Assembly: GCA_052327205.1 (NCBI GenBank)
Contig: CM126235.1
Location: 1,612,001-1,676,000, forward strand
From: Somniosus microcephalus
Lineage: Eukaryota
Direction of reading: 5' to 3'
Length of the DNA: 64,000 bases
Position numbers and translations under genes: made by a program. Position 1 is the first letter of the stretch. Every line of letters starts with the position of its first letter. Below are positions 24,695 to 38,393 of this stretch, in pieces. The notes under the pieces are model-generated. The model had not been told where the DNA came from and did not search any database. It worked only from the letters and a program-made list of their open reading frames with translations.

Positions 24695-27169
24695 TTGAGC
24701 AATAACGAGACCCTTTTTTTTAATACAAGTTCCCTGCTTTTAATTAAGAATTTTGGGTGAAGTTTCCTCGTGCCGGACACCTGAAGGTTGAAAAGTATGG
24801 AAGAGAATTTTAAGTTTTTATTTGTTGGCAGGATGTTGGCAAGACCTCAATTATTGCCCATCCTTAGTCGCCCAGAACAGGAGCTGATGCTCCTGCCTCA
24901 GAGTTGTGACGTAACTTACACCATTTCACCTGCTGATCTTCCTGCTCTGAACTTACTCCGAAATTTCCTGGAAAAGAAGTAGAATCCGCCACAGTGAGCA
25001 GAATGGCGAATTGGGAAGCTCAGGAGCAGCGCAGCCAATCCCTTACCCCCATGTGCATCAATGAACTAGTCAATGAGATCGATATTGGCACAACCCAAGC
25101 CGCAGGGCTAGAAATTCCCTGGCGCTAACTTTTGAAAAGTAGAAAAGGTAGCGGCAGGCGCTAATGATTCCCTCCTGCCGGGAAATTCAGCTTTAGCGCT
25201 CCAAGAGGGCATTGGAGCACTAAATCAAGCGCTAATCACTTCTCTCGGGGCGCTAAAGTCCGAGAGTGGGGCGGTAGCAGCAGAGCGCTGAACAATTTGG
25301 GGCTCATTGTAAACGGCGCTCTTTCATCACAGAGGTTGCTTCCCTCGCTTAAAGGGAAAGGCCATTGATGGTGCACAACCTATTTGTCAGCAGCCCTGCC
25401 TTGCCTCAGCCCTTTAAAATAGGATTAACCTGGCAGTTAACGACCTATTAACCGCCTTAACAACCTGTCCCGGCCATTTGGTGTTGGGTCAGTTTGGGAG
25501 CAGCTGACCTGACACTTCCGAAAGTTGCGTGGAGGCAGGTTCGCAGCCCACCCCCAATTTCTCTGATTTTCACGACAGACACACCTCCAAACCCGCCCCC
25601 TCAGAGGAATAATATTCATGGCCTGTCTCCGGCGTAGGATTTGAACTTGCAACCTTGTGACTCAGAAGTGAGAGTGCTGCCTACTAAGCCACGGCTATCA
25701 CAGTATATCCACGCAGTGAATGCGCCATTCACACAATCATACCTCCTATATATAAATAATTGTATTTGCATCATTAATCTAATCTCTTGTTTCCATGAAA
25801 ATGCATTATTCATGTTTTTGCTCATTGTCTAACTGTAATTGCTAAACTAGAGAGCTGTTCAGCTAATTAGCAGAATGAGGCTAATGCACTTCTCCCTCTC
25901 TCAGCTCAGTGTAACTCTGTTACAGCTCCCCCTGACAGCTTGGCGAGAGGCTGAATCACACGTAATAGGAAGACCCGAGTCTAATCCGCTGTCCATCCTG
26001 CGTTTGGTAATTGCAGCCAGCACAGTGGTGGAGCTGCTACAGTGTCCCCTGCTGGAAGTCCGTGTGTGTGTATCCCTCATTGCAGGACAGGGTCAAGCTA
26101 GGCTGCCACTGATTGATAGATTTTTGTTCACCAAAGGTATTAAGGGATATGGGGCAAAGACGGGTATATTGAATTAGCTCGCAGATCAGCCATGATCTCA
26201 CTGAATGGCGGAACAGACTCGAGGGGCTAAATGGCCTCCTCCTGTTCCTATGTCTGAATAGTCTCCTGGCACATTCTCGGAGCTCACATATGTAGAACAG
26301 CCCCTTGTGCCACAGGCCATTGATGCTCAGTATCCGTGGTGCAAAGCTTCAACATGGAACTGTACCCCAGCAAGGATTCAAGGTGGAACAGTCTAGGTGC
26401 AACACAGAAGCAAGACTGTGTTCTGACGAAGGGTCATCAACCTGAAACGTTAACTCTGTTTCTCCCTCCACAGATGCTGCCTGATCTGCTGAGTATTTCC
26501 CCCATTTTCTGTTTTTATTACAGAAGCAAGATTGCTTGGTTAAGTTAGCAGAGGGCTGCCAGTGTCAGTGGAGTATGAATCACCGCAACTAGAGAGGAGG
26601 CAAACATTTCCCCTGGTCCAAAAATGGTAGCCACAAGCTTTGAGGAATCCCTTCACCATCTTCTCTCTTCCATCGTTTCCAACACAAGTGTTAGAAAATG
26701 CAAGTGAGCGTCTAGTGGGAGATGCGGTAACCTGCCATTCACTCTCACAATTGCTCTGGGGACAATCTTATACCAGAAAACGTATTGTTGCAGAATGAAT
26801 ATTTTCTGTCTTTGGCATGAAGATCAACAAAGGATTGAGGCAGGTGAAACCCCAGAGTGAGGCACGACGGAGGCTGCAGATGCTTCCTCAGCATGTCTGA
26901 TGGAAACGGAACAAAACGGAATCAAATGGCATTTGGTGAACAGTGGGTCAGAGCATGTTGGCACATTCCTGCCAGTTTGGATCTGAACTAAACTGGGAAG
27001 CCACTTTTCAGTGACTGGGAGTCTCTTGTTTCTGCAATCACAGTTCCATTTGTGTGTGGGTTCGGTAAATGATTTTTCACTGGCTAGTGGGTGGGCCATC
27101 AAGAGCAGGAGTTCAGCCAAGGTTCTCACAACTATTTGGAGAATAGAATTGGGCTCGTAGGGCAGTTAT

Positions 27170-27545
27170 TGAAGGGATACAGAAGAGAGCAACCAGAATG
27201 ATTGAGGAGATGGAGGGATTGGATTATGAGGAAAGATTATGTAAATTGGGCATGTTCTCACTGGGAAAGAGAAGATTGAGCAGTGATGTGATTGCTGTTT
27301 TTAGGATTGTAAAGGGATTGGATGATGTCAACCATGATGAGCTGTTTCACCTTGTCCAGAACAGTCGGACCAGAGGACAAGGCCTGCGATTGAAGGGGGG
27401 AGAATTCAAAACTAATCTTCATCAGAAACAATATTTCAGTGAGCGATTGGTCAATCTATGGAACAGGCTCCCAGGGGAGGCAATGGCAGCAGTTAGTATT
27501 GATTAATTAAAATGCAATTTAGACAAATTTCTTTCTGAAAAATTT
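27170..27545 (+). mobile_element. Older CR1 3' fragment
   Basis: ORF 27198..27506 YEERLCKLGMFSL..YFSERLVNLWNRLP. Confidence 0.8.
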
Positions 27546-28108
27546 TTGGGACCCAGTATCTGAGTAATTTGAGACGCGAGTGCAGCATGCTCGGGAGGAA
27601 CAGGGGACTCTGGACCTCTGGTTACCAAAGCTCTCCCCTACTGGGGGTTTTTCCCCGCCTTGTGTCTGGGTCTGTTGTAGACTCATTGATAGAGATTGAT
27701 TAGCTGTGATTAGTCAACAATCCCATTACCGTTGGATCGTACGACTCCCAGGATGGTAGAAGGTGAACCAGATGGATCTCAGTCTTCTTTCGACTCGCAA
27801 TTCCTATTGTCCAGGTTCAAACATGAAGAAATGGCCCCTGGGTGAGGACGTGGCATCGCTGCAGGAGTCAATGGCTAGGTTAGGAAAGTAGGATCAAAGT
27901 TGTTCCCCACTTAGCTCTCAGGCCACATCTCAGTTAGCTTTGAATTACATTTTGTTTTAACTTAAAATAGAACAATGCCAGATGGCCAGGGAAGGGGATT
28001 AGCAGCAACCTCCACTGGAGCATACCTTTAAATATACACTCTATTTCTGTTAAACAATATTTAAATGTGTGAGTCGGAGGGCAGCGTGTGCTGTACTCAG
28101 ATGTGCGT

Positions 28109-28310
28109 GCTGTGCCACTCAAGCTCAGCGACCCCCCTCACTGCCGGTCTGCACTGGCTCCTCACTAAACCTGCTCGCTGTGCCACTCAAGCTCAGCGAC
28201 CCCCCTCACTGCCGGTCTGCACTGGCTCCTCAATAAACCTGCTCGCTGTGCCACTCAAGCTCAGCGACCCCCTCACTGCCGGTCTGCACTGGCTCCTCAC
28301 TAAACCTGCT
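28109..28310. repeat. Three tandem copies of a ~67-bp unit
   Basis: gctgtgccactcaagctcagcgaccccctcactgccggtctgcactggctcctcactaaacctgctc x3. Confidence 0.9.
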
Positions 28311-28482
28311 CCAAAAGTGATGGGGCTTTTCGACTGTGGAGTGACATTACTCTCTGCCCGGTGGCGTCCAGGAACGCTGATTGCCCTACCAAACATGTAG
28401 GTAGAAAACCGAATCATAGCATTCACAGAAAAAGGCTATTCGGCTAATCAAGTCTGCACTCGTGTCTTTATAACACACGAGC

Positions 28483-29884
28483 CACCCAGTCTAATCCCAC
28501 TCTCCCTCTCACTCCCCGTACCCTTTAATATCCCACCCAGTCTAATCCCACTCTCCCCCTCACTCCCTGTACCCTTTAATATCCCACCCAGTCTAATCCC
28601 ACTCTCCCCCTCACTCCCCGTACCCTTTAATATCCCACCCAGTCTAATCCCATTCTCCCCCTCACTCCCCGTACCCTTTAATATCCCACCCAGTCTAATC
28701 CCACTCTCCCCCTCACTCCCCGTGCCCTTTAATATCCCACCCAGTCTAATCCCACTCTCCCCCTCACTGTCCGTACCCTTTAATATCCCACCCAGTCTAA
28801 TCCCACTCTCCCCCTCACTCCCCGTACCCTTTAATATCCCACCCAGTCTAATCCCACTCTCCCCCTCACTCCCTGTACCCTTTAATATCCCACCCAGTCT
28901 AATCCCACTCTCCCCCTCACTCCCCGTACCCTTTAATATCCCACCCAGTCTAATCCCACTCTCCCCTCACTCCCCGTGCCCTTTAATATCCCACCCAGTC
29001 TAATCCCACTCTCCCCCTCACTGTCCGTACCCTTTAATATCCCACCCAGTCTAATCCCACTCTCCCCCTCACTCCCCGTACCCTTTAATATCCCACCCAG
29101 TCTAATCCCACTCTGCCTCTCACTCCCCATACCCTTTAATATCCCACCCAGTCTAATCCCACTCTCCCCCTCACTGTCCGTACCCTTTAATATCCCACCC
29201 AGTCTAATCCCACTCTCCCCCTCACTCCCCGTACCCTTTAATATCCCACCCAGTCTAATCCCACTCTGCCTCTCACTCCCCGTACCCTTTAATATCCCAC
29301 CCAGTCTAATCCCACTCTCCCCCTCACTCTCCGTACCCTTTAATATCCCACCCAGTCTAATCCCACTCTGCCTCTCACTCCCCATACCCTTTAATATCCC
29401 ACCCAGTCTAATCTCACTCTCCCTCACTCCCCGTACCCTTTACTATCCCACCCAGTCTAATCCCACTCTCCCTCCCCGTACCCTTTACTATCCCACCCAG
29501 TCTAATCCCACTCTCCCTCACTCCCCGTACCCTTTACTATCCCACCCAGTCTAATCCCACTCTCCCTCTCACTCCCCATACCCTTTAATATCCCACCCAG
29601 TCTAATCCCACTCTCCCTCACTCCCCGTACCCTTTACTATCCCACCCAGTCTAATCCCACTCTCCCCCTCACTCCCCGCACACTTTAATATCCCACCCAG
29701 TCTAATCCCACTCTCCCCCTCACTCCCCGCACACTTTAATATCCCACCCAGTCTAATCCCACTCTCCCCCTCACTCCCCGTACCCTTTAATATCCCACCC
29801 AGTCTAATTCCACTCTCCCTCTCACTCCCTGTACCCTTTAATATCCCACCCAGTCTAATCCCACTCTCCCCCTCACTCCCCATA
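28483..29884. repeat. ~51-bp minisatellite (about 27 copies) amplified from a CR1 3' end
   Basis: Unit cccacccagtctaatcccactctccccctcactccccgtaccctttaatat; minus-strand CR1 sequence on both sides (about 28415 and 29885-30146). Confidence 0.92.
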
Positions 29885-31204
29885 ATCTTTAATATTCTTT
29901 TTCAACCAATAATCTAGTTTATTTTTGAAAGAATTCACAGATTCTGCTCCACCAGGCTGTGTGGCAGAGAATGCACATTCTAACCACACTCTGCGTAAAG
30001 AAATGTTTTCTGACCTTCCCTTTAATTCTTTTCCTGATTTTCTTATATATCTGTCCTCTCGCTGCTGTCTCATTGACCAGTGGAGACAATCCATCACTAT
30101 TTACCCTATCAGAACTCTACATAATCTTGAAGACCTCGATTAGGTCGCAGTCCCAGCGTTAAATGCTGTAACGTCACACGTCTCTCTTCATGACTATAAA
30201 CTGGTGGATGTGGATAATTGATGAACAAATGAAGAATTAAAATTTCTCCAGGGTGCAACTGTGTTCACCCAGAACAGACCATGGAACATATAATGACTCA
30301 ATCTCCGATTCACAGATACGGAGGAGCCACCGAGATACAGTTCACTTCTCCTGACGCAATTATCTGGCCTAACTACCTAAATGCAAAATTATAGTTGTTG
30401 CTCTACATCTACATCAGCCTGACGAATTAGTAATATTGTAAACCCTCATTCCTGGTAACACCCCCAGTGAATCTGCGCTGTACCTTTTCCATTGCGTTTA
30501 TATCCTTCCTATATTCAGCTGTGGAAAACTGCACACAATGCTGCGAGTGCTGCCCAACCAAGGTTTGTTGAACATTCTACCAAACAGTCTCGCAGGCGTC
30601 AGCTGCCCTGTGATACCTTGGCCAAGAGGGCATTGTTCACATCCGAGCCGGGACAGTGGGCATTGCACAATTTTTTGTTTGTGGTGCCTCATCTTGTCCT
30701 GAACCAGCGATAGCACCCACAGAACGGGCGTGACTGAATAGCAATCAGGAGCAGGAACCCTGGCCACTTTCTCCTCCCCAACCCATTGCCGCACAGCAAC
30801 CTCCGTACGGCAACCTCCGCACGGCTGATGTTAGGTAGGTCGGCACAGTTTGAACCCGGGGCTTTCCTACACCCGTACAATGCAGTTCCACACTTAGAAG
30901 TGTAATTAACCACTGGCCCATGGGGCGAGGTCCCTGTGGAATATCTACTCTGGGGAGATGTCAATCCCAAATGACCTAAATTGGGAAAATTGCTGTCACC
31001 GTTAACCAACAAACACAAAGTGAAGTCATTTAGGTTGTTTGGCAGGGAGGAGGAGGGGAGCAGGGTGAGGATTTCTGTTCAGATTCGGTCCTTCATCAAA
31101 TTTAAGAAACCCAAGCAGATACTTTGGGTAAAATCTGACATTTATCAAGGGGCCTACAAAATCTGTCCATTTCCCTGCTTCCTTCCTTCAGTTGTTGACT
31201 CTTA

Positions 31205-32416
31205 TTTTTTTTAATTTTTTTTATTCATTGCTGGGATGTGGGCGTCGCTGGCTAGGCCTGCATTTAGTGCCCATCCCTAATTGCCCTTGAGAAGATGGTG
31301 GTGAGCCGCCTTCTTGAACCGCTGCAGTCCATATGGTGTAGGTACACCCACAATGCTGTTAGGGAGGGAGTTCCAGGATTTTGGCCCAGCGGCAGTGAAG
31401 GAACGGCGATACAGGTCCAAGTCAGGATGATGTGTGGCTTGGAGGGGAACTTGTAGGTGGTGATGTTCCCATGCGTCTGCTGCCCTTGTCCTTCTAAGTG
31501 GTAGAGGTCGCGGGTTTGGAAGGTGCTGTTGAAGGAGCTTTGGCGAGTTGCTGCAGTGCATCTTGTAGATGGTACACACTGCAGCCACAGTGCGCCGGTG
31601 GTGGAGGGAGTGAATGTTGAAGGTGGTGGATGGAGTGCCAATCAAGCGGGCTGCTTTATCCTGAATGGTGTCGAGCTTCTTGAGTGTTGTTGGAGCTGCA
31701 CTCATCCAGGCAAGTGGAGAGTATTCCATCACACTCCTGACTTGTGCCTTGTAGATGGTGGAAAGGCTTTGGGGAGTCAGGAGGTGAGACACTCGCCGCA
31801 GAATTCCCAGCCTCTGGCCTGCTCTTGTAGCCACAGTATTTATATGGCTGGTCCAGTTCAGTTTCTGATCAATGGTAACCCCCAGGATGTTGATAGTGGG
31901 GGATTCAGTGATGGTAATGCCATTGAATGTCAAGGGGAGATGGTTAGAGTCTCGCTTGTTGGAGATGGTCATTGCCTGGCACTTGTGTGGTGTGAATGTT
32001 ACTTGCCACTTGTCAGCCCAAGTCTGAATGTTGTCCAGGTCTTGCTGCATATGGACACGGACTGCGTCAGTATCTGATGAGTCTCGAATGGTGTTGAACA
32101 GTGTGCAATCATCAGCGAACATCCCCACTTCTGACCTTATGATGGAGGGAAGGTCATTGATGAAACAGCTGAAGATGGTTGGGCCTAGGACACTGCCCTG
32201 AGGAACTCCTGCAGTGATGTCATGTGATTGAGATGAATGACCTCCAACAACCACAGCCAACTTCCTTTGTGCTAGGTATGATTCCAACCAATGGAGAGTT
32301 TTCCCCTTGATTCCCATTGACTTCAGTTTTGCTAGGGCTCCTTGATGCCACACTCGATCAAATGCTGCCTTGATGTCAAGGGCAGTCACTCTCACCTCAC
32401 CTCTTGAGTTCAGCTC
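31205..32416 (-). mobile_element. Non-LTR retrotransposon RT to 3' end (CR1/L2-group family ending AAHHHLLKGN)
   Basis: ORF 31277..32461(-) LDIKAAFDRVWH, GVPQGSVLGP, MFADD; A-rich tail. Confidence 0.9.
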
Positions 32417-33754
32417 TTTAACATGGTGCCAAGAGCCAAACGGGAGCAAGACAGAGCTCAAACTGGCGGAGTTCCTTAGGAGAGGGGTGTGGAGATGTTT
32501 CCCACCTTTCCAGCAAGAGCTTGTCTCAAGAGGAGAGCAACCAGAGGGAAGAATATCAAGTCTACAGCTGCAGCAAAGTGACCATCATTGTCCCGTCGAA
32601 TGGCATTCCACCTGAGGTACATTAATGTCAATACAGGTCTCCTGAACTGGCAGGAACTGGCTGCAACAACAACTTGCCCTCATACAGCACCTCTAACACA
32701 GTAAAACGTCATAAGGTGCTTCACAGAGGCCGACTCCTGCTCCTATTTCTTATGTTCTTATGAACTACAGGGGAGACCAGGGTTATGGGGAGCGGGCAGG
32801 AAAGTGCAGTTGAGGCCAAGATCCGATCAGCCATGATCTCATTGAATGACAGAGCAGGCTCGAGGGGCCGAATGGCCGACTCCTGCTTCTATTGCTTATG
32901 TTCTGAAAATGTGACACTAAGACATTGGGACAGGTGAGCAAAAGCTTGGTTTTAAGGAGCATCTTAAAGGAGAGATGGAGATGGAGAGGTTACAGCTCCA
33001 AGTGGACACTAGTTGTGAGGAGAATTTCTCAATGAAAGAGGTTGTGCCCGAGATTATAAACTGCACACCACTGCTCCTCTAACTGACAGCTGGGATAACA
33101 CCTGTCAGAGTTCATTGCTTGAGTTGCCTTCTGCAATTGATGTCTGTCCTGACAGCAGGAATACAGCTTCAGGCATATTCTTTGTCCTTGTTAGACCGTA
33201 ACGAGGCTGCAAGAGGCTTCAGCAGCACTGGTGACAGTGACTGAGTGATCTTGTCTAAAAGTACAGGCGATGATTTATGAATCTTCCCTCACTCTTCACT
33301 GTCGTCTTTCCTTGAGAAGACGGGAGGGTGAGAAAGGAGCAGTGAATTATATTGAGAATGTGAAATGGTGGCTATCTTATGGTTTGTTTCATTTTTCATG
33401 AGCTATTTCAAAGGCAGTCAGAGTGTGCACAATAAAAGCATTTCCATGTTTGAACAAGGATGTTGCTTAATTCAAATCCAGTCCACACCAAAAGGATGAG
33501 TGTCTCTCAGCTGTAAATTGGCTGAAGTGAGATTAATTCAAGCAGTTTTATTCCAGCATCTATTGGCATGAATCGGCAGAGTAAAACTGTACCTAATTCA
33601 CTGCTAATTGGAGCTAATGAGGAATCTCACTGAGCGAGATTACAGACTTGCTTGGCTTAGAAAATGGAAATGTTTCACTGTGCAGGACAGGCTGCTCCTG
33701 TGAGGCTGGTGCCCAGAGTAAGAAACCTTTCTATTCTTTGATCAACTCTCTTGC

Positions 33755-34058
33755 TTTTTTAAAATTCATTCACGGGATGAGGGTGTCGCTGGCAAGACCA
33801 GCATTTATTGCCCATCCCTAGTTGCCCTTGAGAAGGTGGTGGTGAGCTGCCTTCTTGAACCGCTGCAGTCCGTGTGGTGAAGGTGCTCCCACAGTGCTGT
33901 TAGGGAGGGAGTTCCAGGATTTTGACCCAGCGACGATGAAGGAACGGCCGATATATTTCCCAGTCAGGATGGTGTTTGACTTGGAGGGGAACTTGGAGGT
34001 GGTGGTGTACCCATGCGCCTGCTGCCCTTGTCCTTCTAGGTGGTAGAGGTCGCGGGTT
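33755..34058 (-). mobile_element. 3' fragment of the same LINE family
   Basis: SKSWNSLPNSTVGAPSPHGLQRFKKAAHHHLLKGN. Confidence 0.85.
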
Positions 34059-34816
34059 TTAGCGAGTGAATTGGCTTTGCATGAACCCAGCACAGACACA
34101 GAAGAATTACCAGTAGCTTGAACCAGTCTCGGTAACACAGGCAGCATCTTTTGCTTCACCGTGTCCCTGGAGCCCGTGAGGTCTCAGGATTCAGTTGGCA
34201 AGAGGAATAATTATATTCATTTTGTTGGCTGGGCACACATTCACAGCAAGTGTGCGAGACACTTGAAGCAGGATTTCAAGATTAAAAGAGCAGTTCGCCT
34301 GATGGTTAGGTGGGGAAATGCTCTCCCTGCGGCACCTCTCTAAAATCTCAGGAGAATCCCAGGATCAATCCCGGCCTGTGCTGGTTACTGAAAGATGCAT
34401 TAGGAGACTACAACAGATCTTAGTTTCCCTGAAAAAATAAAACTCCGGGACCAATTGCTCTGCTCATTAATTCTGATTTAATAGTTCTCTTTCACTTGCT
34501 GTGAATGAACTGCCTGATTAAAGGTAGAGAGCTAAATGCCAGCCCTGTCAACACCGCAGAGCAGGTGCTGAATGGAAGTGCTGATACTGACACTCACACT
34601 TCATGTGGCAATGCTAAATATGTAGAAAGTTATACTTGTATTCTCTGTGTGAATCACGAGTGTTAAAATAGAGTGCGAGACTCATGTGTGAGACGAGAGT
34701 GTTGGCAAATACTGGCCCAGAGACACAGAGAGCAATAAGGCAGCCAATGGCAAATGTGATTGGGGAATGGGTGCTGCAAAGGGCTCTGGGCCGTGTTATG
34801 AGCATTACTGGACTAT

Positions 34817-35118
34817 ACCTCGAAGCCTCCTTGAAAAAGTGCAACATCCCCACCGACACCTGGGAATCCCTGGCCCAAGACTGCACAAAGTGGAGGAGAA
34901 GCATCCGGGAAGGCGCCGAACACCTCGAGTCTCTTCGGCGGGAGCAAGCGGAAGCCAAGCGCAAGCACCCCACCCACCCGCCCCTTCAACCACCGTCTGC
35001 CCCACCTGTGACAGAGACTGTAGGTCCCGCATTGGACTCATCAGTCACCTGAGAACTCATTTTTAATGTGGAAGCAAGTTATCCTCGGTTCCGAGGGGCT
35101 GCCTAAGAAGAAGAAGAC
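34817..35118 (+). mobile_element. RTE-clade LINE 3' end
   Basis: ASLKKCNIPTDTWESLAQD..W, C-terminal CPTCDRDCRSRIGLISHLRTH, (AAG)n tail. Confidence 0.85.
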
Positions 35119-35444
35119 TATACCTAGAGCAAGAAAGGTGCAGCAACTTTAGCCGGGGCATGCAAGCACAAGGATGATTGAGAAAGAAAGAAAAAGATAA
35201 TGAAAGAATGAATTTATATAGCACCTTTCACAACCTCAGCACAGCCAATGATCACTGTTGTAATGTAGGAGATGCGGCAGTGAATTTGTGCACAGCAAGC
35301 TCCCACAAACCACAAGAAATAAATATCCAGATGATCTACTTTAGGGATAAACGTTGGCCAGGGCACCAGGGAGAGCTCCCAGATGTTCCTCGAACAGCGC
35401 CGAGGGATCTTCTATCTCCACCTGAGAGCGGCCTTGGTTTAACA

Positions 35445-36260
35445 GCTAGGAACAGGAGGCCATTCAGCCCTCGAGCCTGTTCCGCCATTCAATTAGATCA
35501 TGGCTGATCTGTACCTCAACTCCATTTAAATTACAATTGACCTCCAGCATCCACAGCCCTTTGTGCGAAAAAGTGCTTCCAGATTTCACTCCTAAATGGC
35601 CTGGCTCTAATGTTACGGTGAATGCCCCTTTGTTCTGGGCTGCCCACCAGAGCAAATCGTTCCTCTCTATTGACCCTATCGAATCCCTTTATCATTTTAA
35701 AGGCCTTCGTTAGATTACCCCTTAATCTTCTAAACGCAAAGGAATACAAGCCAAGTTTAAGTAACCTCATAATTTAACCCTTCTAGCCCCAGTGTCTGGT
35801 GAATCTGCGCTGCCCCCCCTCTACGACCAATCTAACTTCCCTGAGGTCGGTGCCCAGAACGGGATTGGGTGCTCCAGGTAGGGTCTAACCAGAGCTCGGT
35901 ACAACTGAAGCATCACTTCCTCCCCTTTCTATTCCAACCCCCTTGAGATCAAGGCCAACATTTATTTTGCCATTTTGATTACATTGTATACCCTATGCAC
36001 CAGCATTTAGTGATCTGTGTACATTGAAAACCGAAATCCCTTTGCTCTTCCACAGCCTCTCACCATTAGGAAAATATTCTGGTTTCTCTTTCTCAGATCC
36101 AGGGTGGATGACCTCACACTTCCCCACTTTGAACTCTATGGACCATAGTTCTGCCCGCTCACTTAACTGTCTCTGTCCCTTCCTGCTCCCACCTACATAA
36201 CTTACTGTACCACACATCTTATATACACTGGGATATACAGCCCTCTATTCCTTCATCATT
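35445..36260 (-). mobile_element. Decayed CR1 3' fragment
   Basis: ORFs 35531..35770 and 35993..36217 (KCEVIH, RRLRGNL). Confidence 0.8.
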
Positions 36261-37034
36261 GAGATATATATATAGTCTCATTCAAAAGACGGCACCTCCA
36301 ACAGTGCAGCACCCCCTCAGTATTGCAGTGAGGTGTGAGCCTGCATTACGTGCTCAAATCTCTGGAGTGGGGCTCGAACCCACAACCCCCTGGCTCAGAG
36401 GTGAGAATGCAACCCACTGACACTTACCATTCGGCTCCAGCAAACCCTTCACTCTGTGATAAGTTGTTTGCATGTTACAACATAGTGGCAAAAATTAATT
36501 GCGACTGATGACTGATGTCCAAAGTGAGCTGATTAATTGTTTTAATTAAGTGAGTAACCTTACGGAGAGTAAAAGTAGACATCCTTTAAATGGAATTTTC
36601 TAAATTAGTCACATTTAAATACATTAAAATGAAAAATGACATAATGCTTGCATTTTAATTAAACTTAATTCGCAAATTGTTCATCTGAAGAATATAAATG
36701 TGGTTTATAGAAGCAATGCCTCTGCTCCAAGGCCAAACACTGTCTATTGCAGACTTGATAAATTAGGTTTATGGAACTGCTACACAGATTGGATGAGACA
36801 TTGCACCCAGTACTGCCTGCGATCATTAAGGGATCACACTTCCGGCAGCTTTCCATTCCTTTCCAAATTTCCCCCCATTTCCTCAAGGCGCCATCTCTTA
36901 GGTTTCCTAATTTTCTATGTCAAGTTACACACCCATCCCGCCCTCTCTGCATGCTCACTGTGCTGAACTCAGGACTCGTCGCACAGTCACTGCCCTGCAC
37001 CGACAATAGTGGGTTTCATTTCCCCTCAGCCACT

Positions 37035-38393
37035 GGCACGGAATTCCCTGAAATGGGAAGTTATGGCGAAATTTCCGCCGATCTTCTCATCGGCGAGTTA
37101 CGCCGAAATTTCCTGAGAATCTCATTAGCATACACCGGAACATAAAACCAGCATAAAACAACCGGGGCCTGAGGGAGGCATGTGTTGTCTTTTAACTCCC
37201 TCTTCATGCATGAAAATTAAAATTCAGAACCATCAAACCATCATTTATGCACATTAGACACAGCATGTTTAAGGAAATTTAATTGTGGAAGTTTTTTGAT
37301 TTTTAATGCAAATCGTTCTGATGCATTAAAAACTGAATTTAAATATACAGAAAAGGTCTTGTGGGAATAAAAACAACAGAAGCTTAAAAAAAGCACCATA
37401 AAAAATCAGGAATATGAGTTACGAACCTGTTGTGCCTTAAACTTTAGGAATAAATTTACATCCCATTTAGAACTGGTGTAAATTCAGGAAATTCACGTGA
37501 ACTGCAATTTTGCATGGGGGTGGGGGCTATGCTAATTTGGGGGTGGGGCTATGTCAATGAGCATAGTGTACAAACGGCGTAAATCACTTACACCCAAATT
37601 CCCTCGCTCTTTGACACTGATGCAACCTTGGTGTCATATTTGACCCTGAAATGAGCTTCCGACCACATATCCGCAGCATAACTAAGACCGCCTACTTCCA
37701 CCTCCGTAACATTGCCCGTTTCCGCCCTTGCCTCAGCTCATCCGCTGCTGAAACCCTCATCCATGCCTTTGTTACCTCTAGACTGGACTATTCCAACACA
37801 CTCCTGGCTGGCCTCCCACATTCCACCCTACGTAAACTTGAGGTCATCCAAAACTCGGCTGCCCGTGTCCTAACTCGCACCAAGTCCCGTTCACCCATCA
37901 CCCCTGTGCTCGCTGACCTACACTAGCTCCTGGTTAAGCAGTGCCTTGATTTCAAAATTCTCATCCTTGTTTTCAAATCCCTCCATGGCCTCGCCCCTCC
38001 CTATCTCTGTAATCTCCTTCAGCCCCACAAACCCCGAGATATCTGCACTCCTCTAATTCTGCCCTCTTGAGCATCCCTGATTATAATCGCTCCACCATTG
38101 GTGGCTGTGCCTTCTGTTGCCTCGGCCCTAAGCTCTGGAATTCCCTCCCTAAACCTCTCCGCCTCTCTCTCCTCTTTTAAGATGCTCCTTAAAACCGACC
38201 TCTTTGACCAAGCTTTTAGTCACCTGTCCTAATATCTCCTTATGTGGCTCGGTGTCAAATTTTTTGTCTTAAAATACTCCTGTGCAGCACCTTGGGACAT
38301 TTTACTACGTTAAAGGCGCTATATAAATACAAGTTGTGGTTGAAATTCGGCATCACGCCGTTCTTACCTTGTTGTGTCAGGAAATTCCGGGCC
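37035..38393. mobile_element. MITE with inverted termini, interrupted by an L2
   Basis: Left end ggcacggaattccctga versus reverse complement of the right end ggcccggaatttcctga. Confidence 0.55.
37624..38340 (+). mobile_element. L2 LINE 3' fragment
   Basis: ORF 37651..37926, closely similar to the 23508-24303 copy. Confidence 0.9.

Noticed and set aside
28722-29883. Repeat-protein ORFs on both strands
   Set aside because: By-product of a 51-bp unit divisible by three; interrupted by indel variants
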